Part shown: piece after piece, positions 15,810 through 25,568 of the stretch
Layout of the letters: each line of letters starts with the position of its first letter
Position numbering within the stretch: the first letter of the stretch is position 1
Virus record (IMG/VR): IMGVR_UViG_3300050821_018287
Span: 28,258 to 92,257 of that record
Length of the DNA stretch: 64,000 nt
DNA from: a virus
Reading direction: 5' to 3' (one strand)
Position numbers and translations under genes: made by a program
Notes under the pieces: model-generated
What the model was told of the DNA's origin: nothing
The model's input: the letters and a program-made list of their open reading frames with translations, nothing else
The model's database searches: none

Positions 15810-18131
15810 TCAGGGTTGGCAGTTGGAGCGGCGGACAGCATTACACCGCTGGAGCAGCGGATTCAAAGGCTGAAGGACGACGTTGGTTACGCCGCTCCAC
15901 GGTAGGGAATTGGACGCCTGGCTCGGGAGGAACGGGTCCAAGCCCGTAGCCACGACGAGCCCGCCGCGCTGCGCGGATTGCGCCTGGGCCACTTGTCCCG
16001 GGGAGAGCGACGGCTGAGGAACGTTGTAGACGCCCGCCACTAGCGCCGGGTACGCCTGGGCTTGAAGCTCGATGGCTGCGGTCTGGAGGAATGTGTCGGA
16101 GCCGTTGGTGCCGATGGTGAGGGTACCGGAAGTTGTCGAGGCGACGGTTGAGTGCGCCGTCCCGAAGGAGTTGCCGTTGCCGACGTCCTGAGAGGTGACG
16201 TCGAAGGTGGTGGTGGAGAGCGTCGTCCCCGGGAGGCCCACACCGGTATTACCGTCCACGAAGGCTGCGATGACCCAGGAGCCGGCCTGGACGCTGAGCG
16301 CAGTCGAGTCCACCGGAAGCGCCGCCCCGGACACCCAACTGCGCCCGCCCTTCGCGCCGACGGTCTGGCTCGCGTTCGCGAAGGAGTAGATGCTGAACTC
16401 CCCGGAGAGCAGGACGGTGGCGGAGTTGGTGGCGGTGATGGTGTCGTTGATGAGGGTGCTGGCGGAGTACGCGGTCCAGACGGCCGCGCCCGCGGCGTTG
16501 GGAGACTCGATGTTCTCCACCTGCTTCGTCCAGGTCAGGCCCGCCGCGTCGGAGATGGTGACGGGGTAGACCGTCGTCCCAGCGGCGGCGAAAGTGACCG
16601 CCACCACCAATACTCGTCCCGCGCCTCCCGTCGAGAAGGCGGCGGAAGTGAGCGTCCGGGTGTTGACCCGGTTGAGCGTTGCGTTGACGGGAAAACCGGT
16701 ATCAAGCGTCGGTGAGGGCGCAGTGCCCGAGGAGACGGGCCCACCCACGATGAACGGCCCCATCCCCGCATTCGCCGTCACCGTCCCCGTCACCGAAGCC
16801 GTTCCGCCGTCGAGCGTCACCGCGTGTGGCTGGACGGGGATGGCCTGGGAGATGTGGTCAACATCCGTGGCCACGCGCCCGTCGAGCCCTTTTGGGAGCT
16901 TCGTGGAAGCGGAGAGCGCGGCGAGCTGATTCTGGACCGCGGCGAGCTGCGCCTGAAGCTGCGCCAGGCTCACCCCCGCGTCGAAGTCCTGCGTGGCCTG
17001 GACCGCGGGGAAGGAGTCTGACGACACGGTGACGCGCGGCACTCCCGCTCCGCTCGCTCCCGTCCCAGTAACCACAGGGTTTCCCCCGAATTGAGTGACG
17101 TTGGTGCTGGCGTTGGCGGGCGGTGACGTCGTGACGGTCCCGGAGACCGGGACGGGCTGCCCGCCGGAAACCCCCTGAATCGTCTCCACAGTCGTGGACG
17201 GGCTCCCAGCCGTGCCTTGGACCGCGGTCTGGTTGGCGGCGGTGGCCGCGCCGGTGGGCAGAGGAAGGGAGGACGCGGAGATTGGCTGAGTCGTCGTCCC
17301 CGTCGGGTCCACACGTACTGGGTGCGCCGCCGTCCCAAGCACATTCGTCCCGTCGGTCACCTCGACCGGCCAGGAGTTGGCCGCGGTGTTGGGGGTGCCT
17401 TGGTTCGCCGTTACCGTCCCACTCACTGGCTGAGTCCCGGGGAAGTTGGACACCGAGACGGATCCGAGCGCATTCGAGCCGGCTGGGAGGGGTGAGTTGG
17501 GGCTGAGACCCACGACGAGCGCCGGATCCGCGGCTGCCGCGGCCGTGCTCGCCGCCTTCACTGCCACCGGCCCGTTGGTCCCGTCGGTGAGTTTCTGGGG
17601 CCAGGCATTCGCGAGGGTGTTGGGGGAGCCCTGGTTGTCCGTCACGGTCCAGGAGCCACTCTGGGAGACGCTCCAGGGCGGAGTGCCCTGCTGGACTGTC
17701 CACGTCCCGGATTGCGTCACACTCCAGGCGCCTCCGCCCTGAAGGACGGTGAGCCGGCCGGAGGCGTCGATGGAGAGCTGATTCGTGCCGCCGGAGTCGA
17801 GGAGCTTGACGCTCCAGGTGCCCGACTGGAGTGACGCCACCGGGAGCGGGTTGGCAGCGGACACCCCCACGAGGTTCCCGCCGGAATTGAAGCCGGTGTA
17901 GTTGGCGTCAGCCGGCACTGCCGCGCCCGTTGCGCTGGAGGCGTTGTCTCCGCCACCCCCTCCACCGCCCGCGCTCGTCTTCAGCGTACCGTCCGCGGCG
18001 ACCGAGGCGCACTGCGGGGGGCTCGCCGTCGCGTCGCAGATCTTCGTGAGCTGGATCTGCGGTTGCTGCGCGAGCGCGGCCAGGCCCAGGAGCAGACTAA
18101 GGGCGGCGAGACGTGAGGCGCAGCTCATCAT
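15810..18131 (-). CDS. large fibre-like protein with a Sec signal peptide
   Basis: MMSCASRLAALSLLLGLAALA-QQ; repeated QPVSGTVT / QSGTWxV / WPxxxTDGTN units; terminal Cys pairs. Confidence 0.7.
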   Translation of the reverse strand: MMSCASRLAALSLLLGLAALAQQPQIQLTKICDATASPPQCASVAADGTLKTSAGGGGGGGDNASSATGAAVPADANYTGFNSGGNLVGVSAANPLPVASLQSGTWSVKLLDSGGTNQLSIDASGRLTVLQGGGAWSVTQSGTWTVQQGTPPWSVSQSGSWTVTDNQGSPNTLANAWPQKLTDGTNGPVAVKAASTAAAAADPALVVGLSPNSPLPAGSNALGSVSVSNFPGTQPVSGTVTANQGTPNTAANSWPVEVTDGTNVLGTAAHPVRVDPTGTTTQPISASSLPLPTGAATAANQTAVQGTAGSPSTTVETIQGVSGGQPVPVSGTVTTSPPANASTNVTQFGGNPVVTGTGASGAGVPRVTVSSDSFPAVQATQDFDAGVSLAQLQAQLAAVQNQLAALSASTKLPKGLDGRVATDVDHISQAIPVQPHAVTLDGGTASVTGTVTANAGMGPFIVGGPVSSGTAPSPTLDTGFPVNATLNRVNTRTLTSAAFSTGGAGRVLVVAVTFAAAGTTVYPVTISDAAGLTWTKQVENIESPNAAGAAVWTAYSASTLINDTITATNSATVLLSGEFSIYSFANASQTVGAKGGRSWVSGAALPVDSTALSVQAGSWVIAAFVDGNTGVGLPGTTLSTTTFDVTSQDVGNGNSFGTAHSTVASTTSGTLTIGTNGSDTFLQTAAIELQAQAYPALVAGVYNVPQPSLSPGQVAQAQSAQRGGLVVATGLDPFLPSQASNSLPWSGVTNVVLQPLNPLLQRCNAVRRSNCQP

Positions 18132-18345
18132 CCCGACTTTCGTACCACGTCTGGAGAGCGTGCGCACGACGGTCCAACGGTACAACCTGCGTCTGTAGGA
18201 GATCCACATCCACCCTCAGCCGAGCATTCTCATCCCGCTTCGACTGGATCTCCTCTTGACGCGCTGCGTCCCGCCCGAGGATGAAGCCGCCAAAGCCCGC
18301 GGCGCCGGCCAACGCGAAGGCCACCAGCACCCCCCAGCCATTCAT
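18097..18345 (-). CDS. small membrane-anchored coiled-coil protein
   Basis: N-terminal hydrophobic segment (WGVLVAFALAGAAGFGGFILG); ATGA-coupled to the portal gene. Confidence 0.6.
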   Translation of the reverse strand: MNGWGVLVAFALAGAAGFGGFILGRDAARQEEIQSKRDENARLRVDVDLLQTQVVPLDRRAHALQTWYESRDDELRLTSRRP

Positions 18346-20069
18346 TTCCAGTCCTTGTCCGAGATGGGTTTGTCGAAGGACATCCCGCCTCCGCCGCCCT
18401 TCCCACCACCTCCGCCGCCACCCTTGCCCCCGCCACCCATCATCAGCGCGTCCATCTCCTCCTGGCGCTCTTTCGTCTCCTTCTTGATCCGCTCCAGGAG
18501 GCTCGACACATCCTCCACCCGGAAGAAGGGCGCGACAAACTTCGAGGCGTGCTCGTCGTCGATGAGTGCGCCGGCCTTGGCCTGGACCGCGGCGGTGACG
18601 GACTGAACCACGTCGGAGATGACCGGCTCGAAGTAGGGGGGCCACTGGAGCTTCAGCTCGGCGTCGAGCGCGTTCGGCCCCATCACCAGCTCCTCCATCG
18701 TCGTCTTGTCCCCCTTCTTCACCGCCTTCTTCGGGAGGAGGAGGCCCTTGGACACGGAAGTCTCGTTGCCCTCCTCGTCCGTCTCCGTCTCCGGCTGGGC
18801 CAGCTTCGCCGCAGCTTTCAACATCATCCGCAGGAGCGGCTTGACGCCCTTCTCGCCGTACTGCTCACGGAGGATGTCCGCCTTCGCCAGCATCGAGCTG
18901 AACACGCGGTCAATCTCCGTCGCGGTCCGGTTCGCCATCTGCGGGTGTTCCAGGACGCACTGTGCCACTTCGAGCGCGAAGGCGCGGAGCTTGTCCACCA
19001 TCTCCAGCGCCGCCTTCGAGCCCGAGCCGGTCATCTCCATGTACCCGGCCGAGCCGCCCACCGGCACCTTCAGGGTCCAAGAGCTGCCCTTCTTCACCTC
19101 GGGGAGATCCGCGTTGGTCTCCACCATCAGCGTCGGATCGCAGTTGGCCAGGGTGCCCTTGTGCGCCTGGGCGATGAGCTGATCCATCCCCTCCATGATC
19201 TCGAAGATGCCCTGGCAGTCGGGATCCCCGTCCACGTCATCCACCACCGGGAGATTCTGGACCCACACCACGGGGCAGAAGCCCAGCCCGTGCGTCACCG
19301 CGTCCTCCACCTCCCAGTGGGGCTCCTCCTCGGTGACGATGGCGGGCTTGAAGAGGATGTCCTGCTGGTCGGTGATGATCCGCCGGTACCAGAATTTCAC
19401 CTCAACGTAGAGCCCGGTCTTCGGGTCCTTGATCTCCCTGGGGTACTGGTAGCGCTTCTCGATGCCCTTGAGGGTGAGAGTCGTCCGGTCCGCCCACTCC
19501 GCGTGGGTCCAGCGCGCGTCGTGGATCTCGATGAGGGGCTTGCCGTCGATGAACTTGAAGCCAATGGCCACTGTCCCCTGGCCGCCGCCGAAAGCCCGCG
19601 CCTGGATCATCGCCGCCCAGAGCCGCGCCGCCTCCGCGAGCGCGCGCACGTACTCCTCCGTCTCGGGATCTCCCTCCACGCGGATTTGGGGGTGGTGGCG
19701 CTCGGAGAAGAGGAGGCCCGTGAAGCGGTCCACGATGACCTTGCACAGGTTGTACGGGGCGCTCGGCCGCCGAAACTTCAGAGGCATCGTCTGGGCCCCG
19801 GCGTCTACGAAGCCGGGTGGGATCTGCTGGCCGGTGGCGATGGCCTCGTGGTCCAGAGCGTCAGCGTGCTCCGAGCCGTCCCAGTTGAACTTGCAGGGCT
19901 CGTAGTGGGCGCACTTGTACCAGCTCCACAGCCAGTTCAAGAGCTGCTGGCGCGGCGTCATCCCGAGCCGGCGGATCTTCTCCATCGCGTCGTCAGGGAT
20001 GATCTGCCCGCCGGTGCCGGCGATGACGGAGCGGCCTGCGTCGGCCTCGACGACGGTAGCGCTGGACAT
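18342..20069 (-). CDS. portal protein
   Basis: 575 aa downstream of TerL; YNLCKVIVDRFTGLLF and HGLGFCPVVWVQN match SPP1 gp6-like portal motifs. Confidence 0.9.
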   Translation of the reverse strand: MSSATVVEADAGRSVIAGTGGQIIPDDAMEKIRRLGMTPRQQLLNWLWSWYKCAHYEPCKFNWDGSEHADALDHEAIATGQQIPPGFVDAGAQTMPLKFRRPSAPYNLCKVIVDRFTGLLFSERHHPQIRVEGDPETEEYVRALAEAARLWAAMIQARAFGGGQGTVAIGFKFIDGKPLIEIHDARWTHAEWADRTTLTLKGIEKRYQYPREIKDPKTGLYVEVKFWYRRIITDQQDILFKPAIVTEEEPHWEVEDAVTHGLGFCPVVWVQNLPVVDDVDGDPDCQGIFEIMEGMDQLIAQAHKGTLANCDPTLMVETNADLPEVKKGSSWTLKVPVGGSAGYMEMTGSGSKAALEMVDKLRAFALEVAQCVLEHPQMANRTATEIDRVFSSMLAKADILREQYGEKGVKPLLRMMLKAAAKLAQPETETDEEGNETSVSKGLLLPKKAVKKGDKTTMEELVMGPNALDAELKLQWPPYFEPVISDVVQSVTAAVQAKAGALIDDEHASKFVAPFFRVEDVSSLLERIKKETKERQEEMDALMMGGGGKGGGGGGGKGGGGGMSFDKPISDKDWK

Positions 20070-20072
20070 TGG

Positions 20073-20396
20073 CTAGTGGCTCTCGCCCGAGGTGCTGGTG
20101 GAGATGATGTAGGTGCCGCCCGGCGCGAGGAACGGATTGGGCGCAGTGGCCGGCCCCGGAGGCACGATGCCGATCGGCGCGGCCCCCGGCAGCGCCGGCC
20201 CTGGGACGAAGCCGGGGATGCCCCACGGGATCGGCGCAGCACCAACCCCGCCAATCATCCAGTTGGCCGGGACATCCCCGATGAGAGCCGAGCGCGCGAG
20301 ATCCGCCTTCAGCTCGGAAAGCTCCTCGCGCAGAGCTTTCACCTTCTTCTTCAGGGTGCGGTAGCGCTTGACCAACTTTCGGAGGAGCGGGATCAC
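20073..20396 (-). CDS. hypothetical protein (basic coiled coil with Pro/Gly tail)
   Basis: ORF track; coupled start. Confidence 0.55.
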   Translation of the reverse strand: MIPLLRKLVKRYRTLKKKVKALREELSELKADLARSALIGDVPANWMIGGVGAAPIPWGIPGFVPGPALPGAAPIGIVPPGPATAPNPFLAPGGTYIISTSTSGESH

Positions 20397-20725
20397 GGCT
20401 CCAGCTTACCCCGCGGCGCGTCCGAAAACATCGCCGACGCTTCCGGCCGGCGCAAGCCCGGGAAGACGCGGGGCACGTACACCTCGCTCCCGCTCAACGT
20501 CTGGCCCGGGTTGAACTGCGTCTTCGTTTGCATCCGCAGGTTCAGCTTCCCGTGGAACAGGATGCGCAGCCGGTCCAGGAAGGACACCCTCACCTCGACT
20601 CGGGTGTGGATGGCGTTCGTCCACAGGACACCCCCGAGCGCCTCCGCGGCCAGCGACGCGCGGTTGTGCGGGGTGTCCGCCACCCCCGACAACCCACCGG
20701 CTTCCTCTTTCGGGAGAGCATTCAC
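20393..20725 (-). CDS. hypothetical protein
   Basis: GTGA-coupled; contains SFLDRLRILFHGKL. Confidence 0.55.
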   Translation of the reverse strand: MNALPKEEAGGLSGVADTPHNRASLAAEALGGVLWTNAIHTRVEVRVSFLDRLRILFHGKLNLRMQTKTQFNPGQTLSGSEVYVPRVFPGLRRPEASAMFSDAPRGKLEP

Positions 20726-20907
20726 CGATCCTTCTCCACTACGTCCTGAAGATGAGGATCCCCCATCGAGCCCTGGACGAGAGGCCCGTTGATCTTCCCC
20801 AGGACTTTGACGATCGTGTCCAGCACCCATTCCGTAAGGCGACCAATACGCGTGTCTACCCGGACCTCGATGAACCAGCTCGCCACCGGCACCCGGACGA
20901 CCCTCAC
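20722..20907 (-). CDS. hypothetical protein
   Basis: GTGA-coupled at both ends. Confidence 0.45.
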   Translation of the reverse strand: MRVVRVPVASWFIEVRVDTRIGRLTEWVLDTIVKVLGKINGPLVQGSMGDPHLQDVVEKDR

Positions 20908-21557
20908 GGCTGCCTCTTGTAGAAGGAGTCCCGCCAAGCCTCCGCGGCCTTCTTCCACGTCGGGTCCGCGTTGTCCCAGCTTCCCCCGTGAGCGTTGGAG
21001 AGAAGCCCCCAAGCCACGTCCAGCGCGTGCTGATCCGGCGCGGGTGTCCGCGCCACCGCCCGGTCGCCAAGCCGATCCGCCTCAACGGCGAAACCGAGCG
21101 CCTTGCCGATGGCCTCGATGTTCCGGAGCGTCGTCGCCGTGTCCAGGCCCTTTCCCTTCGAGATGGCCACGGCGCCAGCGGCGAGGATGTCCTGGGCCGC
21201 CTTGAGCAGGCCCGCCGCCACCAGCTTCGCCAGGGCTGCCTGCTGCGTCTCCAGCCCCGCCAGCATCTTCGCCTGAAGCTCGGGGCTCAGCTCAGTCCCC
21301 GCTTGCGACGTCGGGCTCGGCTGGGCGGGGTGGACTGGGCTCACCTCCGCCTCCGGGTGCTCCGGGCAGCTCTCCCCGGACGACAGCTTCCGGCCGCAGT
21401 GCTTGCAGTACCGCGCCGTCACCGCCTCCGGCCCCGTCGGCGTTCCCCCGTACAGGGACGTCGGATCCCCCGTCACCCGGCGGTCCGGCATGCTCGCCTC
21501 CACTTTCTTTCGCTTCGCGTCGTCCGCCAGCGCCCTCTCCAGCTCCGTGCCTTCCAT
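20904..21557 (-). CDS. hypothetical protein with a zinc ribbon
   Basis: GGAGGAG then ATG 21557; YCKHCG...CPEH. Confidence 0.6.
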   Translation of the reverse strand: MEGTELERALADDAKRKKVEASMPDRRVTGDPTSLYGGTPTGPEAVTARYCKHCGRKLSSGESCPEHPEAEVSPVHPAQPSPTSQAGTELSPELQAKMLAGLETQQAALAKLVAAGLLKAAQDILAAGAVAISKGKGLDTATTLRNIEAIGKALGFAVEADRLGDRAVARTPAPDQHALDVAWGLLSNAHGGSWDNADPTWKKAAEAWRDSFYKRQP

Positions 21558-21766
21558 TCGACTCCTCCGCTTTGGTGCAGGCCTCACACCAGAGAATGAA
21601 CGTCTCGTGCGCAGCTTCCTTCCTCCGGTACGCCTGGAGGGCATCGGGAAAGACCTCCTGCCCGCAGGCGGTGAAGCCGTTGGGAAGGATGATGTGACCG
21701 CTCGCGTCTTCGACCACCGTACACCCCCTGAAGGGAATACCCCTACCACCGAGCCGGCCTCCCGCG

Positions 21767-23287
21767 CTACCTCACCGTCAAGTTGCCGGGGAGCACCGAC
21801 ACCTTCTCCGCGCCCATTCGGATGCCCTCGCGCGCGAACCACGCCGCCATCATCCGGTCCGGCGTGTGGCCGTCGGGCTTGTAGAACAGCATGTCCTGGA
21901 TCCACACCGCCACTTCCTTCTCCACCTTCCCCTGCCCCAGCACGTTCGGCGGCGGGCACATGATGGGGCCGGTGGAGGGGATGGCCCATTTCCCCTGGCT
22001 CATCTCCGCGGCGATGGACTCGATGCCGAATTCCGGGTGCGCCTTGTTCCGGCCGGTGGTGTGGGCCCGGAGCGGAAGCGCGGCCTGGTTGCGGGTGAAC
22101 TGGAGGATGAAGTCCTGGGCGGCGTTGTTCTCCACGACGACGAAGGAGAAGAAGCGCCGGTTGACGTCGATGATGCGATCCACAATCTCCGGCCCGGTCC
22201 ACTTCCCCGCGAGGATCTCCAGCGGCACCCGCGTCTGGTCCGGCAAGAGGAGGAGCGTGAAGAACACGGTCCAGTCCGCCGCCGCGTGCTGCTGAACCGC
22301 GAGGTCCACCCCCGTGTACGTCTTACACCCGGGGGGCATCGTCTGGAGCCCGTAGCACTGGAGCCCATTCCACAGGGCGAAATTCTTGAACTTCACGGGC
22401 GCGTCCGCCCCCGCGGCGATGCACCGGTCAATCCACTCACGCTTGAAGCGGGCCTCGGCGTCGTCCCGCGCCAGGCACAGAAACTGCCGCGCGAATTCGA
22501 TCGGCGGCATGATGGCCTTCTTCGCCGCAATCCGCTCCTCCGGCCAGGCCGCCTTCCACCGCGGCTTCCCCTCGTTGTCCACGACGGGGTACCGGAAGCT
22601 GGACCAGCCCGGCGACTTCGCCAGCCGGTGCATCAAGTCTTCCGGATGGAAGGCGGTGCCGACGAAGATGATTCGGGCGTCCTTCGTGAGCCGGCCTTCG
22701 AGGGTGGCGTGGAACCAGTCGTACAAGTCCTGCATCGCCGTGGCGGTCCGGCAATTCTCGAAGTCGAGGATGTCGTCGAGGATGAGCCTGTCAATACGGG
22801 CGCCGAGGATGGTGCCGTGGACGCCCACCGCCTGGACGCTGGGATCCTTCGAGCGGTTCCCCACCACGTAGAGCTGCTGGTTGGTCCAGGGCGTGGCCGG
22901 GCGCAGCTCCGGGAAAACCTCGTGCAGCTCCGGGCTCGTCTCGATGTACTGCCCCACCATCCTCACCAGCTTCTCCGACTGCTTGTAGGCGTTGGAGACG
23001 ATGGCGCAGCGCAACGTCGGGTCTTTCCCCAACTCGTGCAGCGTCCGGGCGATGGAGAGCTGAGTGGTCTTCCCGTGCTCGACCGCGCTCCAGAGGATGA
23101 GGCGGTTGTTCTTGTCCGCCAGCTCGTGCCACGCCTGGTGCACCGGGGCCTGACGCAAGGGTCGCCCCGTCTTCTCGTCGCGCATGACGGCGGTGACGAA
23201 GGAGTTGATGTCGGTCCGCGCGTGGCGGAAGACGAGCGCGCGCGGGCTTCGGTCCAGCGGTGTCGTGAGGAGCGGGGAGAAGCTCAT
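21767..23287 (-). CDS. terL: terminase large subunit
   Basis: AVEHGKT (Walker A variant), GARIDRLILDD (Walker B), TGVDLA, VVENN and PDRMMA (RNase H-like nuclease). Confidence 0.92.
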   Translation of the reverse strand: MSFSPLLTTPLDRSPRALVFRHARTDINSFVTAVMRDEKTGRPLRQAPVHQAWHELADKNNRLILWSAVEHGKTTQLSIARTLHELGKDPTLRCAIVSNAYKQSEKLVRMVGQYIETSPELHEVFPELRPATPWTNQQLYVVGNRSKDPSVQAVGVHGTILGARIDRLILDDILDFENCRTATAMQDLYDWFHATLEGRLTKDARIIFVGTAFHPEDLMHRLAKSPGWSSFRYPVVDNEGKPRWKAAWPEERIAAKKAIMPPIEFARQFLCLARDDAEARFKREWIDRCIAAGADAPVKFKNFALWNGLQCYGLQTMPPGCKTYTGVDLAVQQHAAADWTVFFTLLLLPDQTRVPLEILAGKWTGPEIVDRIIDVNRRFFSFVVVENNAAQDFILQFTRNQAALPLRAHTTGRNKAHPEFGIESIAAEMSQGKWAIPSTGPIMCPPPNVLGQGKVEKEVAVWIQDMLFYKPDGHTPDRMMAAWFAREGIRMGAEKVSVLPGNLTVR

Positions 23288-23556
23288 TCCAGCGAGCCCA
23301 CCGTGGGGAGCCGCGGGGAGCACGCCCAACGACGACACAGCGACAGCCTCCCCGCCAACGCGTGGGTGTGAGGGATGGCGCCGATGGGGTTGACGTCGGT
23401 GTGACGGGAGACGAGGTGGCGAAGGAGATCGTCCGCGTCCTCCCGCGTCATCTTCATCTCGTTCAGCTTCCCCTCGATCGGCTCCCACCCGCTCATCATC
23501 AGGAGCGCATCCAGCTCGTCGAGGAGCGGCGCCGCGAGGACAGGGTGAAAGCTCAC
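23284..23556 (-). CDS. hypothetical protein
   Basis: ORF coupled to the TerL start. Confidence 0.5.
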   Translation of the reverse strand: MSFHPVLAAPLLDELDALLMMSGWEPIEGKLNEMKMTREDADDLLRHLVSRHTDVNPIGAIPHTHALAGRLSLCRRWACSPRLPTVGSLE

Positions 23557-23557
23557 G

Positions 23558-24232
23558 TCACCCCTCACAGAGCAAGTAGCGATCCGTCTCCGGACGATCC
23601 GCGAAGCCCGAGTCAGCGCGCTCCGCGCGGACGTGAACGTGAAGCTCCTCGCTCACCAAGCCCTTCCGATGCAGAGCCCAGATCGCCCCGCGTACCTCTT
23701 CGGCGGTGAACGTCCCGGCGTTGAGCGCCCGCTCCAACACCGCATTCGGCGCGCCCAACCGCGCCAAAGCCTCCAGCTCCAGAACGAGCGGGACGCTGGC
23801 GCCGGTGGAGCAGAAGACTTTGCCCATGACCTTCTCGAAACCCTTCGCTCGCTTCGCTACAGCCACTCCCGCCGCCGCCGCCTCGTCACAGCATACGCGG
23901 GCATTCTTCCCTGGATCGAACGGAGCCGCGGGCCGAACGAGCGGGTGGATTCCGGATACGAATCCCCAGCCGGTGCCGGTGGGGAGCTTCGTGTAGCCTG
24001 TCTGCTTACACCAATCGGGAACGTGGAACGTGGGTGCTGGAGCCTCACCGCGGGCGACCCGCCCCAGGTTCGCCTGGTAGACCGGAACGTCCCCCGAGCC
24101 CACTACCTTCCAGCCGGCCGCCTTCTCCAGCGCAGCTTTGAGTGTCCGGATCTTCGAAACCGTGAGGGGCCCAACCCTCAGTTCCAAGTCAGTGGACGGC
24201 CCCATTGCCGGTACTTTGAACTGGTACGCCAT
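23558..24232 (-). CDS. hypothetical protein
   Basis: 224-aa ORF in the track. Confidence 0.55.
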   Translation of the reverse strand: MAYQFKVPAMGPSTDLELRVGPLTVSKIRTLKAALEKAAGWKVVGSGDVPVYQANLGRVARGEAPAPTFHVPDWCKQTGYTKLPTGTGWGFVSGIHPLVRPAAPFDPGKNARVCCDEAAAAGVAVAKRAKGFEKVMGKVFCSTGASVPLVLELEALARLGAPNAVLERALNAGTFTAEEVRGAIWALHRKGLVSEELHVHVRAERADSGFADRPETDRYLLCEG

Positions 24233-25181
24233 CGCTTTCCGCCCCTGCGCCTTCGCGCTCCTTCTTTTCCCTCGCCCGCCGCACGGAGTCTAGCGCCGCC
24301 TCCGCCCAAGTCTCCTCCTCCTCCAGCGTCGCCTCCTCCACCATCGACAACCCCGCCACCTCGGTCGGCTCCCCCACCCTGAGACGTTCCACCTGAAGCG
24401 CGAGCATGACGCTGCGCTCCGCGGCCATCGCGAAGTGGCCCAGCTCCCGCAAGCATCGGACGATCTGGAGCGGCGTCAAAACCGTCGCCTTGTCCTCGAT
24501 GAGCGTCTTCAGCCGCGCGGCCAGGGCGCGCCCCTGCTGGAGCGTCTCCGTGGCCACCGCCACCGCAGTCACCGCTACCTTCCGCCCGAGCTTCGCCCCC
24601 ACCGCCTCGTCCGCCATCGTCTCCGCGGCGTCCACCTTCGCCTTGTCGAGCAAGTCCGCCATCCGCCGCTTCGCGTCCTGCTCTGCCTGGGCCAGGCGCG
24701 CCGTCGCGGCAGTCTCAGCCTCGGCCGCCTTCTGGAGCGCGAGCGCCTCCGCCTCCTTCAGCTTCAGCTCCGCGCCGGAGAGCTTCCCCTCGGCGTCAGC
24801 CAGGCCCGACTCAGCCAAGGCGCGCAGCTCGGCCGCTTCCTTCGCCGCGGCGACCCGGAGCGCCTCCGCTTCCGCCTCCGCCTTCTCGCGGATGGCGGTG
24901 GCCTCCAGCGCGGCCTCGGAGGTGGCCTTGGCGATGATGCTCTCACGCAGCCCTTCCGCGGTCAGCTCCTGGCGCGCGGCGCGGAGCGCCAGGTGCTCGT
25001 CCTTCAGGACTTGCTCAATGGCGGAGAAGCCGTGTTGGGCCCACCCCCGCGCCCAGCCCCGGCGCGCTGTCTCGAAGGCGCAGCCGGCGGCCACCGCGGC
25101 GTAGCGATGCTGACCGGGCGCCTCCCGGTACGCCTTCAGGAGCGCCTCGTAGAATTCTTTCGTGATGGGACGGCGAGCCAC
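24189..25181 (-). CDS. putative terminase small subunit
   Basis: N-terminal HTH-like segment (YAAVAAGCAFETARRGW), long coiled coil, ERLRVGEPTE motif; first gene of the packaging block. Confidence 0.6.
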   Translation of the reverse strand: MARRPITKEFYEALLKAYREAPGQHRYAAVAAGCAFETARRGWARGWAQHGFSAIEQVLKDEHLALRAARQELTAEGLRESIIAKATSEAALEATAIREKAEAEAEALRVAAAKEAAELRALAESGLADAEGKLSGAELKLKEAEALALQKAAEAETAATARLAQAEQDAKRRMADLLDKAKVDAAETMADEAVGAKLGRKVAVTAVAVATETLQQGRALAARLKTLIEDKATVLTPLQIVRCLRELGHFAMAAERSVMLALQVERLRVGEPTEVAGLSMVEEATLEEEETWAEAALDSVRRAREKKEREGAGAESDGVPVQSTGNGAVH

Positions 25182-25252
25182 GGAGCCTTTCCAGCCTCCC
25201 GCATCTTACAGGACGGGTCAAGCTCCCCGCCAATTCGGAAGAATGCAAGCCC

Positions 25253-25567
25253 CTAGGAACGCTTGAGAACCAGCATCACCGCCGCCGCCTTCACCGCCTC
25301 CACCAACCCATTCATCGTCATGTGGTACTGCACTTCCCGCTCCTCCACTTCGAGCCGCCACGGTCTCCACGCCACCCGGGACACCACCAGCAAGCACTCC
25401 CCCGTCTTGGTCTCAAAAGTTATGTAAAATTTCCCCAGGCGTTGCCGCCGCTGCGACTTCCGGGCTGGAACCACTTCCCATCCGCCCGGTGGATACGCGG
25501 CGGTGGACACGAGGCCCGTCTCCGCCTTCAGGAGGCCCATCACGCGATTTGCTTCATTCTCGGACAA
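25253..25567 (-). CDS. small array protein 15
   Basis: TTG 25567; ends EAVKAAAVMLVLKRS. Confidence 0.55.
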   Translation of the reverse strand: MSENEANRVMGLLKAETGLVSTAAYPPGGWEVVPARKSQRRQRLGKFYITFETKTGECLLVVSRVAWRPWRLEVEEREVQYHMTMNGLVEAVKAAAVMLVLKRS

Positions 25568-25568
25568 G

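Noticed and set aside
18342-18440. GGGK/GGGG repeats at the portal C-terminus and in the 8071..8601 protein
   Set aside because: Protein low-complexity linkers, not a DNA repeat element.
21292-21717. 141-aa ORF after TerL with HxxxxxxxxxC...CxxC
   Set aside because: The first ~50 codons look plausible, but the rest overlaps the better-supported 20904..21557 gene; boundaries cannot be supported.
23558-24232. LKAALEKAAGWKVVGSGD as another virion-protein fragment
   Set aside because: The resemblance is too short and vague to support without a profile search.
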